From the NCBI GenBank assembly GCA_965285935.1, contig OZ260666.1, positions 7,068,001 through 7,132,000 of the forward strand: a DNA stretch of 64,000 nucleotides. The letters are read 5' to 3'. This document shows, piece after piece, positions 14,267 to 27,499 of the stretch. The notes under the pieces are model-generated. The model was not told the origin of the DNA and searched no databases. It saw only the letters and a list, made by a program, of their open reading frames with translations. The DNA comes from Ophelia neglecta (lineage: Eukaryota). A program made the translations under genes and the position numbers. The number at the start of each line of letters is the position of its first letter. Within the stretch, counting starts at the first letter, position 1.

Positions 14267-15071
14267 ATCCCGCGTCTAATTCCTAGACTGGAATAGGATG
14301 ATCAATCAAACTTCATTTCAATGTCAGTCGAGGGAAATTGGACAATCGCAAGGGTAATGAACAAGGAAGGGCACACGTAGGAGGAAAAAAGAAAATCTCG
14401 AGGATAATGGACATGAAATACCTCACTTGTTAGAACACACTTCTTACAAACAGAACCGAAATGAGGAAAAAAGTTAAGACGTTTAAGAAAGCATAGCTTA
14501 ATAATGCCACAACGCAGATATCGGTCGAATTAATTCGAATTTTTCCATCGCATGGTTCTTTTCAAATTGAGGGTAGGAATATATGCTCTATTGTTATATC
14601 CTTGAAAAGTTCCCAGAAATGACATTACTCAGAGGCGGGTGCTTAACTGAGTGAGAGAAAGCAACACAAAGTTTACTTCGCCTGGAACGAGTCGGATGTA
14701 ACCGCATGGAAAGAATTGTGCGGGAATCTGGAAACTACAGACATAGCAGCAGATGACCAGTCTGTCACAGGTTAAGTAATTCTCGAGAGAAGTCCCTTGC
14801 TACGACACAGTATCAGAGGCCGACACTGGATATTTAATCTGTGATAGTAACGCTCCGTGTAATTAACAATAAGTGGAGCACTACGTCGTGAGAAATTGAT
14901 TATGTGAAAAGGTATTCTCTTATACTATACCAAAGAGAAGCACAGACCTTTAGAACACTTCCTTATTACTTGTTCCAAGGACAACCACAAAATATGGAAC
15001 TATGCTGCCCAGCATAAGCCAGGATCCGGCGACCGTCCTCCTGGAGCCCCATGTCTTTTGGAAGCATGGAG
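14267..15071 (-). pseudogene. TRPM-like MHR4/transmembrane fragment
   Basis: Minus-strand LCWAA (~15010); NSN*FDRYL (S3-like); FLKRLNFFPHFG (S4/linker-like); VRYFMSII (S5-like). Bounded by a plus-strand acceptor and donor. Confidence 0.45.
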
Positions 15072-17209
15072 GTAGGTGTATATATTTGATAAAACAGCTG
15101 TCGCAATTTGTAACATAACTACGTAATGCATTATAATAATACGGATGTATAACTACTTTTGGTTACCAAATTGATAAGTTAGACAGTCAGTACATTATCT
15201 TCATTATATATAATATAAATAGTAAATTATACCTAAGTGTATGTTCCCTCTGGTTTCCAAATTGATGCTTTACTGAAGGTTTTGTTGATATTGGTGGTAC
15301 GGATGGATACATGGAGTATGATATTGACGGTGAGAATGATAACATGGATACTGAGTATAAACTCGGTTATAAGGATGAGTGTTTGGATGCTGAGTATGGG
15401 ACATAAATGTCTGAAGAGCAGATTTATAAAACGAATAAATGAAATCCACGCCTTCTTCCATAGTGCATGTTTAATCTTCTTATGACAGTTTGATTCATAC
15501 CAAATCATTATCAACTTTTAGTTTCCAATTTGCCAGGCTGGGACTTTATGATATTTATGCAGATTAATGTTGAATGACGCATGTTGGGAATTAATGGAGT
15601 ACGCCAAAGATGCCATGGACATATCTTTCTAGCTTAATATCCAAACCCCTTCCAATGACCGACTATAAGTTGTCAATTTTAGTGAAGAGTTTGATCATCA
15701 TTAACTTCATATATATTTCTCAAATATTATCTTGGTAGACCCAGGAACCTCGCTTGGTTTGAGCACCTCGAGAATTTTAATTCCTGATTTCTAGCCACAT
15801 AAACCTTGCCTACCATTAGATGTTCATGATCCAGACATCGTCAGCAGTCCAGTCATAGAGACACCTCAGACAAATCCCCTCAAACCATACTGACTGTGAT
15901 TCAGGGAAGACAGTCTAAATGATTATGATTGATGCGATGCCTTAAGCAGTATTTTACCAGCCACTCACTCAACAAATCATTCATTTAATCAATCAATCAA
16001 TCAGTAAAGCGCCTTCTATCTGATTACAGTGGTTATTATTCAGTGTGACGAACCTTTATTGGAGCAACCTTGACAGTTGTTTCCCTCGACGTTAATTCCT
16101 TAGTCATGTCAAGGACACACAATAGGGATATTGATTTTATTATATAACGTTATTAAATCTAGTGATTTATATAAAATTGGACAGTATAAACTATAATTTT
16201 AACCTCAAATTTCTGAATGGGACTATCATGATGCTTGTGTTTATTGTCATTTATTTTGTCAAATGTACGTCAGGTCGGTATTTTGCTGTTTTAGACAAGT
16301 GTTTTTTTGTATTAGGCCGGCATTTCTCTGTATTCTAGGTCTGTGATTGGCTGCTTTTTGCCGGTTTATTGCTGTTTAATGATAACTATAATAAGTTTGT
16401 TGCTTTCATGATGGCAGAAAACTACACAAAGTTACAGAAAAACAAACTTATACATACAACTATAAAATAAGTCATGTATAAATGCTTACTTTAATGCGTA
16501 CAATCTGATATTGTAGCAGACATGATATACGTACACACTCTCTCGCACACAAGCATACACGCAAACATGTATAGACAGATTACAGACGTGGCAACACAAG
16601 AATAAACGGCAATTCAGAGACAAGATGCAGACTATATATTTTAAGTGATTTGTATGCGTCACAATGAAGAAATAAGACATAAAGTGTATAGAAATGTATA
16701 TATTAAAACGTTGAAGACTGTGAAATTATAGGTTTACATACATCAAGTTGTAATGATAAACACGAGAATCTAGTTATACCAGATATCATACGAGGGTTGG
16801 GGCAGCTTATTTAACTGGCTTTATATATAAATACAATACTGATTAATTTTCTGAATATTGCAAGAGCGCATTTATATATTATTGAATTAAACAAAGACTG
16901 CAACTTGTTAACGGATAGTCTCTCTTTCAAGTTGGATTTGGATTAAGGGATTGAAATTTTAAAATTGGTTTGTTGTATTTAAAGCAAGTACATGTGTATT
17001 CAAAACAAAGACATACTTAAATGCAGTTGGCTGGAGTCCATTAACAAACTTTTACGTAACACCTAGAGACAATTGTCCGGGGGGAACCCCTCGGAATTAA
17101 AAAATCAACCTTGCTAGCAGCATATTTGGTTTTGCTATTAAAAAGATATTATTATTAGAAAGCGAGTTTCTTAAGTTTTACCGTAGGACCCTTGTAGCCT
17201 GAAAATGTG

Positions 17210-17700
17210 TTATCCCAGACCGTTGCATTGCTTTTTTATCCCAGTATACTACTATGTTACTGTTATACAGTGTACTGCCGTCTAAGGTCGACGCATGGAT
17301 GCTTTTGGGCAGCGGGTGGTAGCCTTAGGCTGGTGTGTGTTGCTCTGTCCAGCTAGGTTATGGCCTTGTGTATCGCTGTTTTAGTCCGGTGTATGGTTTT
17401 TGTAGGCCGGTGTATGGCTGTTGTAGTCTGGTGCATGGCTGTTCTAGGCAGGTGTATGACTAATTTAACATGGTATAAGGCTGTTATAGGCCAGTGCGTG
17501 GCTGTCATAGACCTTTGTTTGGCTGTTTTCGGCCGGTTTTTGGCTGTTATAGGCTAGTGTGTTGCTGTTTCAAGCTGTTTTCGGCCGGTGTATGCTTGTT
17601 ACAGGCCGATTTATGATTGTTTAAGGCCGATGTATGACAGTCTGAGGCTGGTGGATGGTTGGTTTAGGTTGTTTGTGGCTGTTTATACAGCTGTCTCACC
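17210..17700. repeat. Degenerate ~21-bp minisatellite (ggccggtgtatggctgttgta-like)
   Basis: Repeated (t)aggccggtgtatggctgtt variants with ~21-nt period. Confidence 0.8.
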
Positions 17701-17799
17701 AACCATCCACCTCAGACTGTCATAAACTTGCTGCGTAAGGCCGGTGTTGTGCTGTTTTTCATAAGCACTGGATTGCTTAAATACATATTCGAATTAAAG

Positions 17800-20700
17800 T
17801 ATTTAGTAATTCTGATTAGACGCAAGAACGATGGGAAAGGTCATGGCGTACATACCAGATTTCATATACCACTACTCCCGTTAAACCGGGTATGCTATTA
17901 AAGAGGGGACGTTATATATAGATGCAACATCCTTTTTGGGGTGTTCTGGGCGTGGTTATTACGTGTTATAGGCTGCTGTGTGACAGTTTAAGGCTGGGAC
18001 ATGGTTATTTGACTTCCATGAACATGTTCTAAGTAGTATAGGGCAACAAATTGGTCTACTGGTCCGTTTCAAAGAAAATAATATTACGCAGGTTATTGGC
18101 CAATTGCCTACTAGTTTTGCAATAATCAGCTGGGGAATGAATTCTAAAAAATGGTGGCCAGTCGGGCACAAAGTTAATAACAGAAGCCTCGAGGGAAGAA
18201 TCGGGGCGGAAAATAATAACTTTACTATCCTAAGCTAAGGGGCATTTGACCTGGACTAACTGGAAAAGACAGCTAATATCCTGATAAGTCTACAGATGGC
18301 GTAGGGACTAGGAGTAGATTGCTGTCTATTGACTGTAGCAGATGCCTTTCTGTGAAAATCGTGTTTAAAAATAACATGTCAAATGAAGAAAAGAAGATTT
18401 ATGAAACAAGTGATTAACACTACGAATGAGTCAAATATAGGATGTATAAGATGATAATTTAATAAAAGTAAGATGTTCCAAGTATTGGGTGTAGGTCTTT
18501 CATGCTTATCTGTGTTCTAACTGTTCTCTAATTTAATAGATGTTCACACTATATTAAAAACAAGCAAAAGTGCATTTCCTGAGCTTTATTCAGACAACTA
18601 TTTTACAACAAGTTGGAAACAACCATTCAAACCTATATGATCAAGAAATGAGATATAAGGCATACAATCAATGACCATGTGCCGGTCGGATTGTATCTAA
18701 AAGCCACTTAGACAAGTGCTGTCGTCTGGTGGCGCCTTTTATCTGTCTCATTACGTGACTGATGATTACGAGCTAAGCACATAATGATTTACTATCACTG
18801 TAAAATATATACACGTCCGAAGGCAAAGGGTAGTTGGCGGCTCACACAAATAATAAAGGTAGGTTCTGTTAAGACTAGCGAATAGTTATATTTAGGACAG
18901 TCCTTTCTATTGTGTGTACTATTGATTCGTTGGAGAATAACATGTAACAAATTTATACTATCGGAAACGTACCACGACGAAACGTTGGCCGCCCACTTTT
19001 TTATGTCAGAATTATTGGAAAATTATCACATATAAAAAGGATAACTCCACTAAAGTAAGTTTTTATTTAAATTTGGTGAGTAAGTGACATATAACCTCTG
19101 CTCGATCACCATCAAATTCGTGCAGTTCCTGGTCGCAGAGGAAAGCTATATTAGACCGACTAATCACAAACTACACAAATCATTGCTCTTTCCAATCAAA
19201 AAGGACTTTCCTCCTTGACAGGTCTTTTCAGCTGTAAAGTTGAGAGTTAAAGTGTCTGTCAAGAACGATTACCAGCGAGTTTGGGAGTGGCCTTTTCATT
19301 CTGCTAATGTCTATCTGCTCTCGAACTTTTCCAAGCTTAGTTCATGAGTCGAAATGCGTTTTTCTTTTGTATTTAGCACACAAAATAAACTTTTCACTAT
19401 AACAGCATTTTTGCTACAGTGAAACCTGTGAAATAAGACCACCCAAGGGACTTGAAAATACTGGTCTGATTACAGAGGTGGTCTATTTACACAAGTTATT
19501 TTACATTGAAAGTGTACTGCATAGTCTTAATATTAGTGGTCTGAATTGACAGGTGGTCTCAATATAGAGGTGGTCTTTAAGGAAAAGGGCCCACTGTAGG
19601 TTGTTCTTACAAATTCAGTTTTCAGCAAGAGAACAGATTGGAGTCAAACGGCAAAATTCATTTCAATAAAATATGCAAATGTATTGATTCAGACATGGTG
19701 TCTTCTGCTACCTCCCATTGATGTGCGTGTATTATGTCAAATGATGTTATTAGCTTTGTCGGTCCCTATCGTGTGCTATTTCCTGGGAACCCATATGTAC
19801 TTAATTGTCAGCAACTTGTCTTGTCAGAAAATTTCACCTTGACCTAGAGTAACACGATGATAAAGATGTTGGAATCTTCTCATCAAGATGCACCTAGCCC
19901 AGACTGCTTTTTTTTATATCTGACAGGAAGATGGATTCTTTCTGACAGGTTGCTTTTCCTATGCATAAGTGTAACGATTAGGAATAGAAAGTTATTTCCA
20001 AATGGCTGGTACATTAAACAAAAGTTTGCGATAGAAAAAAAACAGGATAATGTAATTTAATAACCTGTGTAAATGTTGGGTTAACAAACAGCATTGATTG
20101 CAGTTTACTGTGAATCGCTTATTGTTTGTGACTGAGCATTTGAAAAACATTACCATTCCCTGCATTAAATAAAAGATTAATGTAAGTTTTAAACATGATA
20201 CATAACAACATTTTAAGTTTTATACATAAGTCATTACAACTTTTTAACAAATCGGCCGACATTTAATGTACCGATATGTGGTTAACTAAAAATCTGCCAT
20301 ATGATCTGCCGTCAACAGATTGCGATTCACAGTAATATTTTTAAGGCGTGAGGCCATTGAAGCCTGCCATCTTCCTTATAGCTGCATCCCCGGATGTATT
20401 ATAGATGCAGCTCATTATGGGCGTTCTTGAATCGAAGGTCATTCATGTTGACCAGAGGTTAGGTTAGGTATGCACCCCAAGCACAGACAATCTCCACGGC
20501 AAAGAAATCATCAAGTCAAGTCAAGAGTCAGAGAGACGCTATCAGCCGACGCTGCTTCATCCAAAGTACCCTATATACAAGACACTATTTTGCTACCACC
20601 GCTCATTTATAGTATGCAGACTAGCCATTTCAGATCCAAAATGTCCAATGCGATAGTACTGCGTTCTTTGTTAACATTTTCTTTCTCTTTGTTTACAATG

Positions 20701-23150
20701 AGCCAACCCTACAGCGATCTCGACCCAGTTAAGTAGTCGTTAAGAGGCAGGGTAAGGGTTAGGGTCGGGTATAAAGGGGTAAGCGCTAAGGTCTATAGTG
20801 TTGGGTAAGGGTTGAAGGGATTAATAGGGTTATGTCTACAACTTATACAGGAAACCTTCGGTTGATATCAATGATGTCTGTCCACTCAAAGTTGTGAGAA
20901 ACAGCCAGATATCGATTTCGCCTGCTTTCGTAAAGAGTATAATTATAAATTCGTTCATATACAAAATGTTTATTACACTAGTCGTTATAATATACCTATG
21001 AATATTGCCGTTACATGTGAATTGTAAATAGTAAAAAAAAAACATTTGTAAGTTCCTGCACTCTTTTTAAATTATTTATTTTATGTAAGCTTTAATCATC
21101 GACCCCTCATGCAGACCCTCCTTTAAAATCTTGAACCAGAAAAAAATACATGCGAACCCTAAGCTTTACCCTTTTAAGTACTTGTTAATTCCCCTTGCTA
21201 GTCATTATTTTCTCATTATGGTAATTATGTCGTGGAGCGGATGTTGGTTTGGCTATTGCAGCCGGAGTGATATATCACTAAATCGTACAAGAATGTACCT
21301 CAAGTGGCAGGTAAACGACTAACGAATGACCGATTGAGTGCTGTGACTCGTTTTTATATACTTTTACATTTGACAGAGCACATATTTTTGTACATGGTTC
21401 ATAAATAGTACTTACATTATCCGCCTAAAAGGTGCGCCTTAGTTTTAGGGAGGAGTGTTGTTCTATTCAGTTAATGCTCATAAATTCGATATTACAATAA
21501 AGATCCTCATTCAAAATATGAAAGTGCCCGAATTGCTTCCTGTATATAATTGGAAATCTGGTGGTTAAAAGCTGAGCCGTCAATCCTGGTAACTGCTGGT
21601 GTACTCGGGTTACAGTGCAGAGCTTACCAGATATTGTCAAGGGTAACTGGATATCGACAGTGGGCAAGAGTAGAATATCCCAGACCATTTATTCCAATGC
21701 TAGCACAATTGCAATACTGGTATTTTTACAGGATCTTCTTCCTGCCTAAGTTCAATATAATCATCCGTGCAATCTGAGATAGATTGTGAATCTAATCTTA
21801 GCCCTACAAAGGGCAGCAATGAAAACATCAGAGTATTACTTGATACAAGTGCTTCCTACAGGAAAACGCTATGAATATACTGGGATATTAACCGAATGAT
21901 GTGAACTTTGCAACACTTGCTATAAGCTTGACATGACTGTCCATGTAACTTTTTATTTTACGATCTTTGTGCATCGGCATGTACTTGACTGTTTGTTAAA
22001 CATGGCAGTGAGCAGGCCTTCAATAGCTCTAGTTAAACCAGACTGAATAACGTTTAACGACAAAAGTACTGTATAATTCAAACGTTAAATATAATTTTTT
22101 TGTGATTGGCAATAGAGTAAATACGATGAAAACAACTTCCAGCACGAATTATTAAATAAGTTATATTGAATCTGTAAATTTATTGAATACTTACACACAA
22201 GTTACCAAAGTATTGTTCCGGATACTCTCGTTTGAAGCATGTTTTGTATTTTTGACTTGGTCATAACCAGTTCAATCCACAGCGACGCAATCACTAAGCA
22301 ACTACTTTCTGCCTTCTAAAGAATACTAATATTCTAAGGAATAAGAAATATTCATGCATATTTTTTTAATGTTGGCATTCTCTTAATGGTGTTACGTTGA
22401 ATGTCAGGTATGGGTAATTGCATTGGGACAATAGTTTTCCCAGCAAGCTGCACATGAGTAGTTTAAGGCTGATAAGTTGAGTTTTCATTTGCGGGTGTCA
22501 TTGCAACATCTCCCTGGGGTGTGGACTCATCATTAACACGTCCTACAATCATGTCTACATGCTCACCGGTGACATTCAATTAATTTCTTCCATGATACCG
22601 AGTGTTTCGCCTCCGTGTTTCACCGTTAATGTGTGGGGCAAGTCTGCACCCGAGAACCACTGCAGACGTCTGCTATAAGGTTTGGACTTATACGTCTCGG
22701 TCAAGAGCTAAAATGAACTGGAACGGTCATAAACTGCCACCTCAGTGTTATTTTATTTCATGGTCAAAGTGAAGGGGTTTCTTTTTTCCCCGTATATGAT
22801 TTATTGAATTTGCTTTTCTAATATTTCGAGATTGAAATAACGGCAGTTGATAATAGATAGACAAAAGATACGCTACGTTCATAAATACCTTTATATATGC
22901 GTTAAATATGTCTGAATTCACCGTGAGCATCGCCTCCCCGACAATCATCAGATAAACTTGAGGCAAAAACTCTTTGTCGGTGTTCTGCAGCGAATAAATT
23001 CCTACGTAGGTAGAGGTGTTATGACATGAGGCGATGGCACTCGTCCGAGCTAATGAACGGCCTTTATTCGCAAACAATCTGGCAACCAACCGGGTAATGA
23101 GCACAATAGTCCTGAGCACCGAGACAGAGTCCATTTTAAATTTAGATTTA
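17800..23150 (-). pseudogene. Decayed TRPM2-like copy D (SLOG end to NUDT9-H)
   Basis: LPQVYLMIVGE (ORF 22748-23134); SWKKL-LNV and DESTPQGDVA (~22500-22600, homologous to copies B/C); IAALCRAKI (~21795-21820; cf. AAALAACKI); AQLLTTRFP (ORF 21467-21688); ISHFLII (~18645); QFVAL (~18045; cf. NUDT9 LQFVAIKR); VVYEIWYV (~17860). Confidence 0.6.
19417..19596. mobile_element. MITE, Tc1/mariner-pogo-like non-autonomous element
   Basis: TA|CAGTGAAACCTG...CACTG|TA termini with TA target duplication; internal gaggtggtct repeats; 180 bp. Confidence 0.85.
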
Positions 23151-24099
23151 GGCTTAGCAATATGATAACGTGAAATGTATTAACCTCGTGTTATTGTGTG
23201 AGGCTAAAAGAAATATATTATCACATGTTAGAAAATGCAGCAAAGTACTCAAACTGACAGTATATGCCCTCACATGTCCCCTGCCCGAAACAGAAAGTAT
23301 GATTAAAATTTATTTCTAATATAATATATAAAGGTTAATTTTGAATCTGGTCACGTCGGACCTTCTAATTGCATTTTTGTCGGTTATTTCCCAATTTCAC
23401 CTCAAACAGTATAATATTCTCATTTTTATTTGTCCAATCACCATTTTCGTTTAACTTCTATCCTGCCGATTAGCAACTTAATCTCATACAGTATATTATT
23501 TACACTGTTTACAAAGTGAAGTGTACAAAGTGCAAAACGCCCCCTTCCGCCACCTCCCTACTTCATGTAAGGGTACATTGGTCAATTTTACTGATATGTT
23601 GGCCAACATGGACCACGTTTTCAATAGCAGGACATTGTTGACCATCTTATCAAAGTTTCATTGGATTAAGTTTTGATATACATAGAGCTGATAGTCCTAG
23701 ACCGTGTTCTGTCAGCAGTCGTGAGTCTTAACTATGATTCAAATCTGGATAAAAGCGCTAATTCGTACATTGCCAAGCGGGATTTCTGCTAGCTGGATTT
23801 GGTAATAAACCAAGCCAGTTTGATCTTCAGCTAAATCCTGGTCAAAGGGTAGATAACATAAATATTATTAACGCGGATCTCAGCTAATAGTAAAAGGTTA
23901 ACCGAATCGCGAAACTTACGACCGCTGCCAGAAACAGGGTGCCGGTGTTAAAAACTGGCCAAGGAGTTTAGTGAACAAATAGTATCATCGCAGTCCGGCT
24001 TTAGCAGAATGACTAGTATAAAAAGAAATCTGACTCCCCTTGCTCAAAATAAATTTCCAAGTCTTTTGTAAAAAAAATGAGCATTCATTTATATTCTAT

Positions 24100-25673
24100 C
24101 ACACATTCCAAATGAACGGAACGCTACTTATTTAGTGATAATGTTTTCGCCCTCAATACAAGTGGCACTCCTTCCTCCTTAGAAGTGACCTATCGCTGAA
24201 CCTCAAAACGCCCTGAGAACGCTGTCATAGTTACCAGTGACAGATTCCTGACATGCGTCCAGCAGACCGATATACCGAGACAGCGGGGATTGTAGATTTA
24301 GACAAGTAATTTAGAAGCCGTGACAGGCGCAGATGAGGAGACACTCTTCAGGGATTTCTAAACGAGAAGAGGGCAATGGACTCAATATAACCTAGGTTAC
24401 CCGCTGTGAGCGGAACATATTGGTATACCCGAAATCAAACCATATTGGGCATTGCCTAGAAAAAGCCAAGTACAGTGAAACCTGTGAATTAAGACCACCA
24501 AAGGGACTGGAAAATGCTGGTCTGATTTCGGAGGTGGTCTGTTGAGACAGGTTATTTAACATTGAAAGAATGCATCATGGTCATCCTATAAATGGTCTGT
24601 ATTAATAAGTGGTCTGATTATAGAGGTGGCCTTTAAGGCAGGTTTTACTCAACTCTCCTTAGGTTCCTTAGTTGTACAGTTCACGGATAGTATGATTCAA
24701 AAAAAAATTACAAGTAAAAGAAAACAAATGGAAATCAAGTTTAAAAAGGAAAGTGTGAGTTAAAAACCGGATTAGATACTCGCTAGACAAAGTACAATCA
24801 CTAATCGAGAGTAGTATATTGAATAGATCTAAAATCATCAAAAACCCTCAGGTTCAGGCCCACTAATGTCATCTGACAGCTCTCAACGAGTCCTGGCTGT
24901 AAATAAGATTGAAAGATGTAATGTGAGTTTTTCGTGTGTGGTGAATGTGAGTTAAGCTCATCACTTCTTCTTGTGTAATATTTGCTTGCACTTTATTTTT
25001 CCTCGCCATTAATTGTTCGTTATCCTTGTTCCAGGATCCTGTTTGTCAAACGATTGAGAAGATCGTCACGTCCTTTACCATTGGAATATGAGCAAGGCTG
25101 ACACAGAATACTGGATAAAAAACCACTGATCCAACCCTACAGAATAATGCCGGTATAACATTACTTGAAATATGATATTTGCCAAACCCATCTATTGTTC
25201 CTAAATCCTGTGAGGCTACCATTGCCATGCTCAGTCATACCATTGACCCAGCCATTTATTATACATCTCGTCTATCTCTTGCCTTGTAATACGTCCTTGG
25301 AGGGTGAATATGACCAGTGAGTACGTTGGATGCGGGCGCCTTGTAGGTAGCTGGGAGTTTGATGTGAATGTCCCCAATATCTTCACAGTTAATATGCATG
25401 TGGCAATCATTGTAATGAAGCAGACAGCACACACATATTACCAAGCAACAGGATAATGAGCAGGGGAGCATGTATCTGCTTCCCTGGGGACAATTGATGG
25501 AGGAAATATTCGAACCAACCAAGGAATTAAAGCAAAACTAGTGACTATGTGAGATGGTTCAGTTCCCACTCCTTTCCTGGCACACGCTTCCAAGATGCCA
25601 ATTCTTCTGCTGCCCAGGACACAGACACAAGAACACAAGTTCAGAGCTACCACTGAAGGCTATAGGCGTTAAG
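24100..25673 (-). pseudogene. Decayed TRPM-like copy E (SLOG/MHR1-3)
   Basis: KEWELNHLT; HAPLLIILLLG (~25440-25470; cf. P.LLISVTGG); LPATYK; NVIPALFC; NGKGRDDLL (~25056-25082; cf. GSGRAAD.L); NYDSVLRAF (~24205-24232, nucleotide match to 4405-4433). Confidence 0.6.
24473..24649. mobile_element. MITE, same family as 19417-19596
   Basis: TA|CAGTGAAACCTGTGAATTAAGACCACC...GGCAGGTTTTACT; strongly similar to the 19417 copy. Confidence 0.85.
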
Positions 25674-26411
25674 GTAGGTGTATGTAATTTTATTTTGGAT
25701 GCTGTAAGACATATGTTGATATGAGAAGTAATTGGTTACAGGTTATTATATCTGTGATTAAAATACTTCTACTCTTAACGTTAAAGAGCAAAGATTCAAT
25801 GACCGTATATTGTTAATTTTGATTGCTTACTGTATAAATAAACAGATGTAAACAAGAGAAATCTCGATTACTCTTGTAAAAGAAGCGCATCCTTTATGCG
25901 AGTCTCCTCGGGTATGACAAGGATTGTTATGTGTTATGTGTGAGCCTTGAGGAGAATGGCAAGCAGTGAAGACTTTCTTGTGCCATTTCCAGTGGGAGGC
26001 TCACAAATCCATAACTGATTGTTTCTTATCTTTGCTTAATTAGTTTATATAGCCTTTATTTAGATTTAGATTAATATCTAGTACACAGATTATAATATAA
26101 ATTGCCTACATATTCTATCAGGACTGAGTGACATTTCCTTGTGATTGAAGAGCTTTGCTCTAGCAGTCAGCTACTAGTCAATGAATCAATACGTCAGCCT
26201 GGCGCCTTTCATGTGATTACTTCAGCTAATATGAAAGAAGCCTGGATTTAATTGAATTAACTATGGACTTGATAGCTCATTTCATTAAACAGTTTTACTG
26301 ATGGGGTCACACCGTTGCTGTTACAGCTTTTCTTTGGATCCATTTATTTTACGTCACGAGTTCGTTGACTTGTGTGTTCTTCTACAAAAGCCATGGATGA
26401 GATATCAGTTT

Positions 26412-26532
26412 GAGACTACCCCCGAAATGCCATGCGCCATGCCTTGCTATTTTTACATCTCGGGTGTGATGCGATCGAGATTTGAACCCCGGTTTACCAC
26501 TTGCGAGGCGGAAGCTAACCACTCGGCCGCAC
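26412..26532 (-). mobile_element. tRNA-derived SINE (same family as 58841-58997), truncated
   Basis: Reverse complement gcggccgagtggttagcttccgcctcgcaagtgg...ggggttcaaatctcgatc...atttcgggggtagt. Confidence 0.8.
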
Positions 26533-27142
26533 AGTGTGTTGTGTGACAAACGTCACCTCCTAACGGTTTCTATACGCGTTGTTAATGGCCGGGAATCCGT
26601 ATATTAATTTCTATTAACCAGTTGGGGTCTCTTTATTTCCTGAACATGTATGATGGTGTAGCAAGTCCCTTATCATTATGTCTATAGCATTGTCCTGTGT
26701 GACATAGACTGTGCTACTTAGAGCTCCTTTTAAGATTAATACCGTCTGTTTCTAGGGTTATGATTGGTCTTCTGTAATGTTCTAATATTTTAAAGCGGCC
26801 ACCGGACATTCCTAACAAGCAGTTACTGTGTCCAGACAAAAGAAATCATTGTTCCGGAGGAAGCAATCTCCATGTACAAGACATGATTTATTTGTGCAAA
26901 TGTTAATTATAACCAACTTGTGGGAAATAAAAAACGAAGGGACAAAAGTACTGGGGAATGTTCTACGAAGAGAATAATAAACATGTATTAATTGTAAGGG
27001 ATAAGTTACTCAGTTCCCAGGACAAGTTGTGCCTGTCCAGAGAACAAGTGTTACTTGTTTGGCCTCTTGGAACATAAATTCTTAATAACATGTATTACCG
27101 TTTGGCCCGCTTGGCGTAGCGATACATTCCCTTTCCTAACGA

Positions 27143-27345
27143 GTCTCCGTGGTCCAGTGGTAGCGTGCTGGACCTCCGACCTCCAAGGTCTGAGTTCGAA
27201 CCCAGCATGAGAGGGCTGTTTTCAACCTAACCTTGTGTCGGGGGAGTGATTCATCAGACCTTCGCCTCATCTTTCCAAGAGACTCCCTGTCCCGATATGG
27301 CCTCTCAAGTGTTGAAAGGGACGTTAAAACCCATACATTTAACAA
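27143..27345 (+). mobile_element. Full-length tRNA-derived SINE with 11-bp TSD
   Basis: Box A gtggtccagtgg; box B gagttcgaacc; LINE-like tail gttgaaagggacgttaaaac; TSD tttcctaacga at 27132-27142 and 27346-27356. Confidence 0.9.
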
Positions 27346-27499
27346 TTTCCTAACGATGGTTGATATGATTTAGTCCCAGATGAATGAAATAATCACGTTC
27401 TCTAGTTAGTGAACTTCTCACTGTTTCCTTAAACCGACAACACTTTTTTTTTTTAAATTGCCTCTGGCATTTTTAACGAAGTTTGCTGTTATATCTATA

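Noticed and set aside
20748-20835. Interstitial telomere (gggtta/gggtaa runs; also 533-553 and ~31190)
   Set aside because: Too short and degenerate; more likely internal repeats of non-autonomous DNA elements.
26790-27115. MITE with aagcggccc/gcccgctt ends (a similar candidate lies at 31620-31867)
   Set aside because: The TIRs are imperfect, there is no clear TSD, and no second copy is present in the window.
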